A DNA stretch of 64,000 bases from Malacoraja senta (lineage: Eukaryota). Made by a program: the position numbers and the translations under genes. Positions 49,622 through 61,620 of the stretch are shown here, in pieces. The DNA lies in NCBI GenBank assembly GCA_038087875.1, contig JAXLNO010000149.1:1-64000 (forward strand), written 5' to 3'. The notes below the pieces were generated by a model. It ran no database searches. It saw only the letters and a list, made by a program, of their open reading frames with translations, and was not told the DNA's origin. Positions within the stretch are counted from its first letter, which is position 1, and every line of letters begins with the position of its first letter.

Positions 49622-52600
49622 AATAGAAATATAGAAAATAGGTGCAGGAGGAGGCCATTCGGCCCTTAGAGCCAGCACCGCCATTCATTGTAATCATGGC
49701 TGATCGTCCCCTATCAATAACCCGTGCCTGCCTTCTCCCCATATACCTTGACTCCACTAGCCCCTAGAGCTTTATCTAACTCTCTCTTAAATCCATCCAG
49801 TGACTTGGCCTCCACTGCCCTCTGTGGCAGGGAATTCCATAAATTCACAACTCTCTGGGTGAAAAAGTTTTTTCTCACCTCAGTCTTAAATGACCCCCCC
49901 TTTATTCTAAGACTGTGGCCCCTGGTTCTGGACTCGCCCAACATTGGGAACATTTTTCTTCATCTAGCTTGTCCAGTCCTTGCGGCACTCCACTCGCCAC
50001 TGCCTGCCATTCTAAAAAGGACCCTTTCACTCCTACACTGCCAACCAATTTTCTATCCATGTCAACACCCTACCCCCAATACCATGTGCTCTAATTTTAG
50101 TCACCAGTCTCCCGTGCGGGACATAGATACATAGAAAATAGGTGCAGGAGTAGGCCATTCGGCCCTTCGAGCCTGCACCGCCATTCAACATGATCATGGC
50201 TGATCATCCAACTCAGTATCCCGTACCTGCCTTCTCTCCATACCCCCTGATCCCTTTAGCCACAAGGGCCACATCTAACTCCCTCTTAAATATAGCCAAT
50301 GAACTGGCCTCAACTACCCTCTGTGGCAGAGAGTTCCAGAGATTCACCACTCTCTGTGTGAAAAAGTTTTTCCTCATCTCGGTCTTAAAGGATTTCTCCC
50401 TTATCCTTAAGCTGTGACCCCTTGTCCTGGACTTCCCCAACATCGGGAACAATCTTCCTGCATCTAGCCTGTCCAACCCCATAAGAATTTTGTACATTTC
50501 TATAAGATCCCCTCTCAATCTCCTAAATTCTAGCGAGTATAAGCCAAGTCTATCCAGTCTTTCTTCATATGAAAGTCCTGACATCCCAGGAATCAGTCTG
50601 GTGAACCTTCTCTGCACCCCCTCTATGGCTATAATGTCCTTCCTCAGATTTGGAGACCAAAACTGTACGCAATACTCCAGGTGTGGTCTCACCAAGACCC
50701 TGTACAACTGCAGTAGAACCTCCCTGCTCCTATACTCAAATCCTCTTGCTATGAAGGCCAACATACCATTCGCTTTCTTCACTGCCTGCTGCACCTGCAT
50801 GCCTACTTTCAATGACTGGTGTACCATGACACCCAGGTCTCGCTGCATCTCCCCATTTCCTAATCGGCCACCATTTAGATAATAGTCTGCCTTCCCGTTT
50901 TTGCCACCAAAGTGGATAACCTCACATTTATCCACATTATACTACATCTGCCAAACATTTGCCCACTCACCCAGCCTATCCAAGTCACCTTGCAGTCTCC
51001 TAGCATCCTCCTCACAGCTAACACTGCCCCCCAGCTTAGTGTCATCCGCAAACTTGGAGATGTTGCTTTCAATTCCCTCGTCCAGATCATTAATATAAAT
51101 TGTAAATAGCTGGGGTCCCAGCACTGAGCCTTGCAGTACCCCACTAGTCACTGCCTGCCATTGTGAAAAGGACCCGTTTACTCCTACTCTTTGCTTCCTG
51201 TTTGCCAGCCAGTTCTCTATCCACATCAATACTGAACCCCCAATACCGTGTGATTTAAGTTTGTATCCTAATCTCTTATGTGGTACCTTGTCGAAAGCCT
51301 TCTGAAAGTCCAGATACAACACATCCACTGGTCCTCCCCTATCCACTCTACTAGTTACATCCTCGAAAAATTCTATACGATTCGTCAGACATGATTTACC
51401 TTTCGTAAATCCATGCTGAATTTGTCCAATGATTTCACCACTTTCCAAATGTGCTGCTATCCCATCTTTAATAACTGACTCTAGCAGTTTCCCCACTACC
51501 GATGTTAGACTAACTGGTCTGTAATTCCCCGTTTTCTCTCTCCCTCCCTTCTTAAAAAGTGGGGTTAGGTTTGCTACCCTCCAATCCTCAGGAACTACTC
51601 AAATCCCTCAGGAACCCTCCAATCCTCAGGACCTTATCAAAGCTTTCAGAAAGTCTAGATACACTACGTCCACTGGCACCCCTTCATCCATTTTACTTGT
51701 CACATCCTCAAAAAATTCCAGAAGATTAGTCAAGCATGATTTCCCTTTCATAAATCCATGTTGACTTGGACAAATCCTTTTAACGGTATCCAAATGCCCC
51801 ATTATTACCTCTTTAATAATTGACTCCAACATCTTTCCCACCACCGAAGTCAGGCTAACTGGTCTGTAATACCCCGTTTTCTCTCTCGCTCCTTTCTTGA
51901 AAAGTGGGATAACATTAGCTATCCTCCAATCCACAGGAACTGATCCTGAATCTATTGAACATTGGAAAATGATCACCAATGCGTCCACTATTTCTAGAGC
52001 CACCTCCCTGAGGACCCTGGGATGCAGACCATCAGCCCCAGGGGATTTATCATCCTTCAGTCCCATTAGCCTACCCAATACTATTTCTCGCCTAATGAAA
52101 ATTTCTATCAGTTCCTCTACCCCCTTTGATCCTCTGTCCTCCAGTACATCTGGGAGATTGTTTGTGTCTCCCTTAGTGAAGACAGATCCAAAGTACCTAT
52201 TCAACTCTTCTGCCATTTCCTTGTTGCCTATAATAATTTCACCCGTGTCTGCCTTCAAGGGACCCACATTTGACTTTGCTACTCTTTTTCCCTTAACATA
52301 TCTAAAGAAGCTTTTACTGTCCTTCTTTATATTCCTGGCCAGCTTCCCCTTGTACTTCATCTTTTCAGCCCGTATTGCCCGTTTTGTTTCCTTCTGTTGT
52401 CCTATGAAAGTTTCCCAATCCTCTGGCTTCCGGCTACTCTTTGCTGTGTTATACATCTTTTCTTTTAGTTTTATTCTATCCCTAACTTCTCTTGTCAGCC
52501 ACGGTTGCCTCCTACTCCCCTTAGAACCTTTCTTCCTTTTTGGTCACAATGTGGTCATGGCTAGCCCAGGACTGAACTCCTCCTCTTTGCCCCATTCCCT

Positions 52601-54045
52601 TCAATTACAATCCCAAATGTTCTAAAATGTATCCTCCTCTGGTTTAAATAGGTCTAACATGTTAAACCTCTCAGAGTCTCTTATATAGATACATAGATAC
52701 ATAGAAAATAGGTGCAGAGTAGGCCATTCGGCCCTTCGAGCCTGCACCGCCATTCAATATGATCATGGCTGATCATCCAACTCAGTATCCCGTACCTGCC
52801 TTCTCTCCATACCCCCTGATCCCTTTAGCCACAAGGGCCACATCTAACTCCCTCTTAAATATAGCCAATGAACTGCCTCAACTACCCTCTGTGGCAGAGT
52901 TCCAGAGATTCACCACTCTCTGTGTGAAAATGTTTTTTCTCATCTCGGACTTAAAGGATTTCCCCCTTATCCTTAAGCTGTGACCCTTGTCCTGGACTTC
53001 CCCAACATCGGAACAATCTTCCTGCATCTAGCCTGTCCAACCCCATCAGAATTTTGTACGTTTCTATAAGATCCCCTCTCAACCTCCTAACCTCTAGCGA
53101 GTATAAGCCAAGTCTATCCAGTCTTTCTTCATATGAAAGTCCTGACATTCAGGAATCAGTCTGGTGAACCTTCTCTGCACTCCCTTTATGGCTATAATGT
53201 CCTTCCTCAGATTTGGAGACCAAAACTGTATGCAATACTCCAGGTGTGGTCTCAACAAGACCCTATACAACTGCAGTAGAACCTCCCTGCTCCTATACTC
53301 AAATCCTTTTGCTATGAAAGCTAACATACCATTCGCTTTCTTCGTCATGGTACACCCAGGTCTCGCTGCATCTCCCCTTTTCCTAATCGGCCACCATTTA
53401 GATAATAGTCTGCTTTCCTGTTTTTGCCACCAAAGTGGATAACCTCACATTTATCCACATTATACTGCATCTGCCAAACATTTGCCCACTCACCCAGCCT
53501 ATCCAAGTCACCTTGCAGTCTCCTAGCATCCTCCTCACAGCTAACACTGCCCCCCAGCTTATTGTCATCCGCAAACTTGGAGATGTTGCCTTCAATTCCC
53601 TCATCCAGTTCATTAATATAAATTGTAAATAGCTGGGGTCCCAGCACTGAGCCTTGCGGTACCCCACTAGTCACTGCCTGCCATTGTGAAAAGGACCCGT
53701 TTACTCCTACTCTTTGCATTCTGTTTGCCAGCCAGTTCTCTATCCACATCAATACTGAACCCCCAATACCGTGTGCTTTAAGTTTGTATACTAATCTCTT
53801 ATGTGGGACCTTGTCGAAAGCCTTCTGAAAGTCCAGATACACACATCCACTGGTTCTCCCCTATCCACTCTACTAGTTACATCCTCGAAAAATTCTATAA
53901 GATTCGTCAGACATGATTTACCTTTCGTAAATCCATGCTGACTTTGTCCAATGATTTCACCACTTTCCAAATGTGCTGCTATCCCATCTTTATTAACTGA
54001 CTTAGCAGTTTCCCCACTACCGATGTTAGACTAACTGGTCTAACT
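49622..54045 (-). mobile_element. Stack of CR1 fragments in TRIM intron 3 (49622-49980, 50122-51625, 51626-52545, 52686-54045)
   Basis: Multiple minus-strand CR1 RT ORFs and 3' UTR hairpins with (TCTATG)-type tails. Confidence 0.92.
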
Positions 54046-54348
54046 TGGTTGGAGACTCCCAGATATTCACTGCCCTCTGTCCATTCGTGGTCCTTGGGAT
54101 CAGATATAGGATCACCCATCATTGTTCTAAACGCTACAGAACACAAACAGCTCCCTACATTCCGGCCAGGCAGTCTTGAGATCCCATAGATTATGCGGGA
54201 GACCAATTAGTTTGGGATCAACAGCTGAAACAGATTAAACATTTAACTAGTTCTGAATTACTGATAAATGCAGCATTTATTTCTGAAATGTCACCCACCA
54301 TTTTGTGACTGCACTTTCACTTCACCATACTATAGTGTAACCCCTCAC

Positions 54349-54582
54349 CTTCAGAAACACCACACTGTCTTTTTGATCCATCTGTTGCTGCAGCTTTAAA
54401 AGTTCCTCCTGAATAGTTTTTAAATTCTCTTGAATCTCTCCAAGATTTTTCTCCATTGTATTTAGAATCTTCTTCTCTTCCCCTCGGATATCTGCCAGTG
54501 CGCGCTGCTCTTTCTCAATGAGAATCTTGTGCTGTTCAGCAAATTGGGATGTGATCTTGGACTGAAGGTGGTGTGACTGTTC
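54349..54582 (-). CDS. TRIM exon 3 (coiled coil)
   Basis: 234 nt open: EQSHHLQSKITSQFAEQHKILIEKEQRALADIRGEEKKILNTMEKNL...QKDSVVFLK, donor GTgagg. Confidence 0.9.
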
Positions 54583-55074
54583 CTGTGAAATGAAAGGTGA
54601 AGATCAATATATAATGTCACTGATTGTGTTTCATCACGACTTTGACCGGGACATTTGTCCTGTGCATTTTTTATTTGCTTTGGCAAATCAATTATTTGTC
54701 TAAATGCTTCTGAAATATCGTGACGGTAATCTTAGAACCCATTAATCCTCTACCCCAATACAATTCCCTGCTGCCAATTCCTTTTCATGTGCCCATTAAT
54801 TCCCATTGATCCACCCACCACCCACTTTCCCAAGGATAATTTACAGTCACCGATTAACCATGAACCAGCGTGTATTGGGGACGTGGAAGGAAACCGACGC
54901 GGTCACAGGGAGAAGGCGTGAACCACACGGGCAGCACCCGAGGTCAGGGTCGAACCCGCTCACCAGAACTAGGCGACAGCAGCACTACTTGTGTCACTGC
55001 GCTGCCCTATTATTACACGCATCACAGGGATCAAATCTACACAAGATCAGGAAATCAAAACAGGAAAGCCTCAC

Positions 55075-55169
55075 CAGAACTCCAGAAATCTTCTGTTTCT
55101 GTTGCTGCTCCATTTGCTGGATCTCTGATTCCTTTTTGTGAGGGATTCGAAGGAAGATTTCACCTGATC
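55075..55169 (-). CDS. TRIM exon 2 (coiled coil), one base short
   Basis: Acceptor cccAG, donor GTgag. Adding one A in the A-run near 55133-55137 gives DQVKSSFESLTKKESEIQQMEQQQKQKISGVL. Confidence 0.85.
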
Positions 55170-55257
55170 CTGGGATTGTGTTTTAAATCAGAGAATTAAA
55201 TTGTTGAACAATAAAGAAGGAATTAAAATGATGTGATTAAAATCGGTTTGCATTTAC

Positions 55258-55668
55258 CTTGTATATTTGAACAGCTTCTTTAACCGGCATGAAGTTGTGA
55301 GACTTGTGTTCCCGCGCATCTCGACAAACCAGGCAGATCAGCTTCTTGTCTGTTTCACAAAACAGCTTCAGTTCTTCCTGATGTTCCTCGCACTGAAGTT
55401 TACTTTCCTTCTCTGTCTGATTCAGGCTCAGTGTTCGAGCTTTCTCAGACAGTCTCACCAAGGCCCGATTTACTTTGAGGGTGCGGTCTGTAAACTCCTC
55501 TCTACATTCCGGGCAGGAGTTTCTCCCCTCCCTGTCCCAACTCTGTGTGATACAGGAGCGGCAGAAGTTGTGCCCACACTCCAGTGACACCGGATCGGTG
55601 AAGAAATCCAGGCAGATGGGACAAATTATCTCCTCGGTTAAACTCTCGAACCTGTCTTTCGCAGCCAT
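55258..55668 (-). CDS. TRIM exon 1: RING + B-box 2
   Basis: [40 protein letters not shown]...CPECR...[32 protein letters not shown]...QIYK, donor GTaaat; 411 nt. Confidence 0.93.
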
Positions 55669-58600
55669 TTTAACCTCCACTTCCTGGTTCAAAGTGTTTT
55701 TCCACTGCGCGCGCTGCCGTCTCGGGGGAATGAATGTTATTTGGCTTCAAGTGTTCAGTGTTCAGTGTCCTGGCCACTCCCAACTAATCACATGAGGGAG
55801 GAGTCAGTTAGACATAAACCGGCCTGAATATAGACGAAAGCGCAGAATTTGGGTGGATGCAGTCTCTTGCTCAGAGTGTGGGAATCGAGGACCAGACATA
55901 GGTTCAAAGTGAAGGGAAAAAGGTTGCTAAGAATCCGAGGGGTAACTTTTTCCCACAAATGATGATGGGTGTATGGAACAGGCTGCCAGAGGAGGTATGT
56001 GTATGAAGGAACTGCAGATGCTGGTTTAAACCGAAGATTGGCACAAACAGCTGGAGTAACTCAGCGGGACAGCCAGCATCTCTGGAGAGGAGGAAAGGGT
56101 GACGTTTGCGGTCGAGACCCTTCTTCAGATAGACGCCAGAGCAGGTGGTTGAGGCTGGGAATGTCCCATCGTTTAAAAAAACAGTTAAATGGATAGGACA
56201 GGTTTGGAGGGATATGGACCAAGCGCAGGCAGGTGGGAATGGAGCAGCTGGAACATGTTGGCCGGTGTGGGCAAGTTGGGCCGACGGGCCTGTTTCCACA
56301 CTGTATCACTCTATGACTCTGGACTGACACAACGTGCTGGAGTAACTCAGCGGGTCATAAAAACATAGAAAATAGTGCAGTAGTAGGCCATTCGGCGCCT
56401 CGAGACAGCACCGCCATTCAATATGGTCATGGCTGATCATCTAAAATCAGTGCACCGTTCCTGCTTTTTCTCCCATATCCCTTGATTCCGTTAGCCCTAA
56501 GAGCTATATCTAATTCTCTTGAAAACATCCAGAGAACCGGCCTCCACTGTCCACCGTGGCAGAGAATTCCACAGATTCACAACTGTCTGGGTGAAGAAGT
56601 TTTTCCACATCTCCGTTGTAAATGGCCTACCCCTTATACTTAAACTGTGACCCCTGGTTCTGGACTCCCCCAACATCGGGAACATGTTTCCTGCCTCTAG
56701 CCTGTCTAATCCCTTAAGAATGTAAAATGTTTCTATAAGATCTTCCTCTCATCCTTCTAAATTCCAGTGAATACAAGCCCAGTCGACCCATTCTTTCATC
56801 ATACAGTATGTCAGTCCCGCCTGCAGGATGAGGTGACAGCACTTACACTCTGTACTGTTTGTTAACAGAGCGGTGTTTTTAACTTCAAGATCGACACGAA
56901 ATGCTGGAGTAGCTCAGCGGGACTGGCAGTCGCCTCTGGAAAGAAGGAATGGGTGACGGACCTGGTCGAGACCCTTCTTCATACCTCATCGACCCCCCAC
57001 CCACCCTTCTCTCTGAACCTCCACCCCCCCCGCCCCTCCGTCATAATACATGATCTGTAGTTCCTTCCTACACATTTTTAACTCAAAGATGATTTCATTG
57101 TAGATATCAAACGCAAGCGTTTACTCCATGCGACCACCTTGAACTTCCCGTTGTCGGTCACTGTAATTCTCAATCCTACACCAACTCCGACTTATTGGTC
57201 CTCTATAACTCTGGAAAGATAGGGGATATATCATAATTTTGTATAGGAAGGAACTGCAGATGCGGGTTTAAACCAAAGTTAGACACAAAATGCTGGAGTA
57301 ACTCAGCGGGACAAGCAGCATCTCTGGAGAGAAGGAATGGGTAGAAGAAAAATCTCGACCCGAAAAGTCGCCCATTCACTCTCTCCAGAGATGCTGCCTG
57401 TCCCGCTGAGTTACTCCAGCTTTTGTGGCAATCTTAAGTGATGGGAGGGATGGAGCGTGATGGGTGGGGGTGGATAACAGGGAAATTGGGGTCTTGGAGA
57501 TGGGAGATAAGCGGGTGGAAGAGGAGAAAGGAGCAGGGTGACTGGGGAGGGGTGTGAGATGTTGACAGAAATGTGTGCACTCAAATTTCCAGTCATCTCC
57601 CCACCCCACCTCCCCCTCTCTTTCCCCTGTCCCTCAACCGACAAAATCTGTGTGGGCATCTGATCTTCTAGAGGTGTATTGATCTTACAGAGGTGTATAA
57701 AACCATGTGAGGAATAGATCGGGTAGACGCACAGAGTCTCTTGCCCAGAGTAGGGGAATCGAGGACCAGAGGACATAGGTTCAAGGTGAAGGGCGAAAGA
57801 TTCAATAGGAATCTGAGGGATCTACAGGAGGCGCTGTCTCAAAAAGGCAGCCAGCATCATCAGAGACCCACACCACCCTGGCCACGCTCTCATCTCGCTG
57901 CTACCATCGGGAAGTAGGTACAGGAGCCTGAAAACTGCATCGGCCATACATCCATCAGGTTATTAAACACTCCAACCTACAAATACACTCCAAACTATAT
58001 AAACTTGGGGGAATTATTTTTTGACTTTGAACTACCATTTACTATTTATTCATGTGTGTTTGTTTTTATATACACTTATGTTTTTTATGTGTATCCTGGG
58101 GCCGTTTTACAGAGCCGTGTGCTTCTGCAAGCAAGTATTTCATTGTTCTGTTTGGGGGACATGGCAATAAATCATTCTTGACACTAATATTTATTTAGAC
58201 AAAGAAGGGAGAGATTGAACTTTTTTTCACCTGCCATCACAGTGGGAAATGTGGAGGAGTCACTGTGGTGGATGTTTATGTTAAAATTTATGTTGTGTGT
58301 TCTTTTGCTTTTTAATAGTATGACTGTATGGCAAATGAAATTCATCGTATGTTGGAAAACAGACTTGGCTAATAAAGTATGGTTATGATGATGAGAAACA
58401 GGCCCTTCGGCCCACGGAGTCCGCGCCGATCAGCGATCCCCGCACATTAGCACTATCCTACACACACGAGGGACAATTTACATTTACACCAAGGCCACTT
58501 AAACTACAAATCTGTACGTCAAGGGGCAAGAGTATTTTATTGTCATATGTCCCAGATAGAACAATGAAATTCTTACTTGCTGAGCACAACAAAATATAAC

Positions 58601-59030
58601 AGATGATCTCAGAGAAAAAACATGGTCACGGGGAGAAGGTACAAACTCCGTACAGACAGTACCTGTAGTCGGGATCGAACCCGGGTCTCTGCATCTGTGA
58701 GGCAACTCTATCACTGCCCCACCTTGCAATGACTGATGTATTACAACTGCCCGTTAAATCATTAAATGATGTTAATGTTGTGGGCAGCTCGAAGCACCCA
58801 CTCATTGGCTGTCAAAACAAAGTTTACACCAATTTCCTCCCTCCTTGGGCTTGAACCCATTCTTCCAAAGATCCGTTCCGAAGAAAACGAATCTGTTGTG
58901 TGGAGAGCAAATGCTGTAAACTCGCTATAATTCCAATTTTCGGCGGACTTTAGGACCCGGGGGAGGCCGGAGCTCAGGACCCGCCGCCCGGGCCGGCCGC
59001 TGCTGAACCCGCGGGTAGGGCGATTGTTTC

Positions 59031-60112
59031 ATAGAAACATAGAAAATAGGTGCAGGAGTAGGCCATTCGGCCCTTCGAGCCTGCACCGCCATTCAATATG
59101 ATCATGGCTGATCATCCAATTCAGTATCCTGTACCTGCCTTCTCTCCATACCTCCTGATCCCTTTAGCCACAAAGACCACATCTAACTCCGTCTTAAATA
59201 TAGCTAATGAACTGGCCTCAACTACCCTCTGTGGCAGAGAATTCCACAGATTCTCCACTCTCTGTGTAAAAAATTATTTTCTCATCTCGGTCCTAAAAGA
59301 CTTCCCCGTTATCCTTAAACTGTAACCCCTTGTACTGGACTTCCCCAACATCGGGAATAATCTTCCTGCATCTAGCCTGTCCAACCCCTTAAGAATTTTG
59401 TAAGTTTCTATAAGATAACCCGCCTCAATCTTCTAAATTCTAGCGAGTACAAGCCGAGTTTATCCAGTCTTTCTTCATATGAAAGTCCTGCCATCCCAGG
59501 AATCAGTCTGGTGAACCTTCTCTGTACTCCCTTGATGGCAAGAATGTCTTTCCTCAGATTAGGAGACCAAAAGGTCTCACCAAGACCCTGTACAACTGCA
59601 GTAGAACCTCCCTGCTCTTATACTCAAATCCTTTTGCTATGAATGCTAACATACCATTCGCTTTCTTCACTGCATGCTGCACCTGCATGTCTACTTTCAA
59701 TGACTGGTGTACCATGACACCCAGGTCTCGTTGCATCTCCCCTTTTCCTAATCGGCCACCATTCAGATAAGTCTACTTTCCCGTTCTTGCCACCAAAGTG
59801 GATAACCTCACATTTATCCACATTACACTGCATCTGCCATGCATTTGCCCATATACCCAACCTATCCAAGTCACCTTGCAGCCTCCTAGCATCCTCCTCA
59901 CAGCTAACACTGCCCCCCAGCTTTGTGTCATCCGCGAACTTGGAGATGTTGCATTGAATTCCCTCATCCAGATCATTAATATATATTGTAAATAGCTGGG
60001 GTCCCAGCACTGAGCCTTGCGGTACCCCACTAGTCACTGCCTGCCATTCTGAAAAGGACCCGTTTACTCCTACTCTTTGCTTCCTGTCTGCCAGCCAGTT
60101 CTCTATCCACAT
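59031..60112 (-). mobile_element. CR1 3' fragment inserted downstream of TRIM paralogue 2
   Basis: RT motifs in ORF 59624-60112. The insertion is absent at the homologous site near 38162. Confidence 0.9.
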
Positions 60113-60417
60113 AGAGAATCTTTATATATCTTTCAATCTTTACATTTTCACAAAAGTAATTTCTGTTCCGTTGCCGGACGCGGTTAACGCGTTAAAATGA
60201 ACGGATCGACAGACAGACAGACAGCTCTGATTTGCGTTGCTGTTTATTTCACTCTTCCCACATTTACATTCCCCCTGGTTTTATTTTCGCGCTCACTGGG
60301 GTTTGTTTCACGACGCGGAATTTGGGGATTAAATGGGAGGTGTTCGTTCAGCGCCGACCTGTTGTCCACCGGGTTTCTGCCCCACAGTCCCTGGCTGAGC
60401 ACCATTCCTGATGCCGG

Positions 60418-60962
60418 TCACAGGACCCGACCCATTGACACACCCGGTGCGGAACCGGAGCAGATTCTCAGCCAGTTTCCATCGGAAGACCCGAAGAAAG
60501 GATAAAGTTTCTCCGTGAATTTGTTCCCAGTGAAGGTGTGGAGTTGGCACTTGGTGTCCGCATCACAAAATGAAACTGTCCCGGACTCATAACTGAGATA
60601 AACTCCCACCTCCCGGGGATGGGAGGGGCGGGGAGAGGGGATGGAGGGGAGGTGAAGGCATTAAACTTGTCATCCCTCCGCCCGATGATCCAGACTCGTC
60701 TCCGGTCTCAGTGTGACCGGTCTCTTCCTCTCCACAGACTCTGCGGCGACTCCCAGACTCCAGCGCCGACTCCACACCACCTCCACCTCCCAGTAATGTC
60801 TCCCCGATGTGAATCCCTCCGATCCCAGCACACATGCATACACCGTAAACCTCTTCCCGGTGTCAGGGAGACCCCTACGAGTCCGGGTCCATCTCACCCT
60901 CTTCCGATCTTCAGAGACCTCGAGCTGCGCTTGCGCTGTTTCCACATCCAGGGTGACGGAGA
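60418..60962 (-). pseudogene. Second TRIM paralogue, B30.2 exon with frameshifts (upstream exons outside the window)
   Basis: Acceptor cccAG, then [24 protein letters not shown]...GRHYWEVEV. Frame breaks at about 60687 and 60609. Flanks are homologous to 38080-39480. Confidence 0.88.
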
Positions 60963-61620
60963 CTGGGGGGAGAAGCAGAGAATCAGAGAGTCCCCGGGGG
61001 TCGGTGGAGGGGGGGGGGGGAGATACTCGGGCACATGCGAGCGGACAACTGATATCTTTCCCAGATTTTCTCAACTGGTCAGGACAATAAACAATAGGTG
61101 CAGGAGTAGGCCATTCGGTCCTTCGAGCCAGCACCGCCCTTCACTCTGATCATGGCTGATCATCCACATTCAGTAGCCCATTCCTGCCCTCTCAATATAT
61201 CCCCTGACTCCGCTATCTTTAAAAGCTCTATCTAACTCTCTCTTGTAAGCATCCAGAGAATTGGCCTCCACTGCCTTCTGAGACACAGAATTCCATAGAT
61301 TCACAACTTTCTGGGTGAAAAGGTTTTTCCTCATCTCCGCTATAAATTATGGCTCCTGGGTCTGGATGCCCCCAACATCGGGAACATGTTTCCTGCCTCT
61401 AGCTGGTCCAATCCCTTAATAATCTTACCTTTGGTAATTTGAAGTTGTTAGAGAGGAGATAGAGGTGTGGGGTGGAGTCGCCATGATCACACTGAATGGG
61501 GGGAGACATGAGGGGCCAGATGACCTACCCATGTTACTTTGAATGGAGGGTGAGAGAGAGGAAGGGGTGGCTTGGACCATGGCAGGAAGGAGAGGTTGAA
61601 TGATCGGGTGTTAGACAGAA

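Larger units (their letters stand above)
38472..55668 (-). pseudogene. TRIM gene (RING-B-box-coiled-coil-B30.2; TRIM27/TRIM39-like), six coding exons with two frameshifts
   Basis: Exons 55668-55258, 55169-55075, 54582-54349, 44533-44511, 44413-44295 and 38994-38472, all GT-AG. Exon 2 is 95 nt (one base short of frame) and exon 6 is frameshifted at about 38736. Confidence 0.85.

Noticed and set aside
55669..55850. TRIM promoter with an interferon-response element
   Set aside because: Only short generic motifs are present (CAGGAAGTG, TGACTC); there is no clear ISRE, so no feature was called.
58835..58935. Possible tRNA gene (minus-strand GGGTTCAAGCCC B box)
   Set aside because: I could not fold a convincing cloverleaf; at most it is a decayed tRNA-derived fragment.
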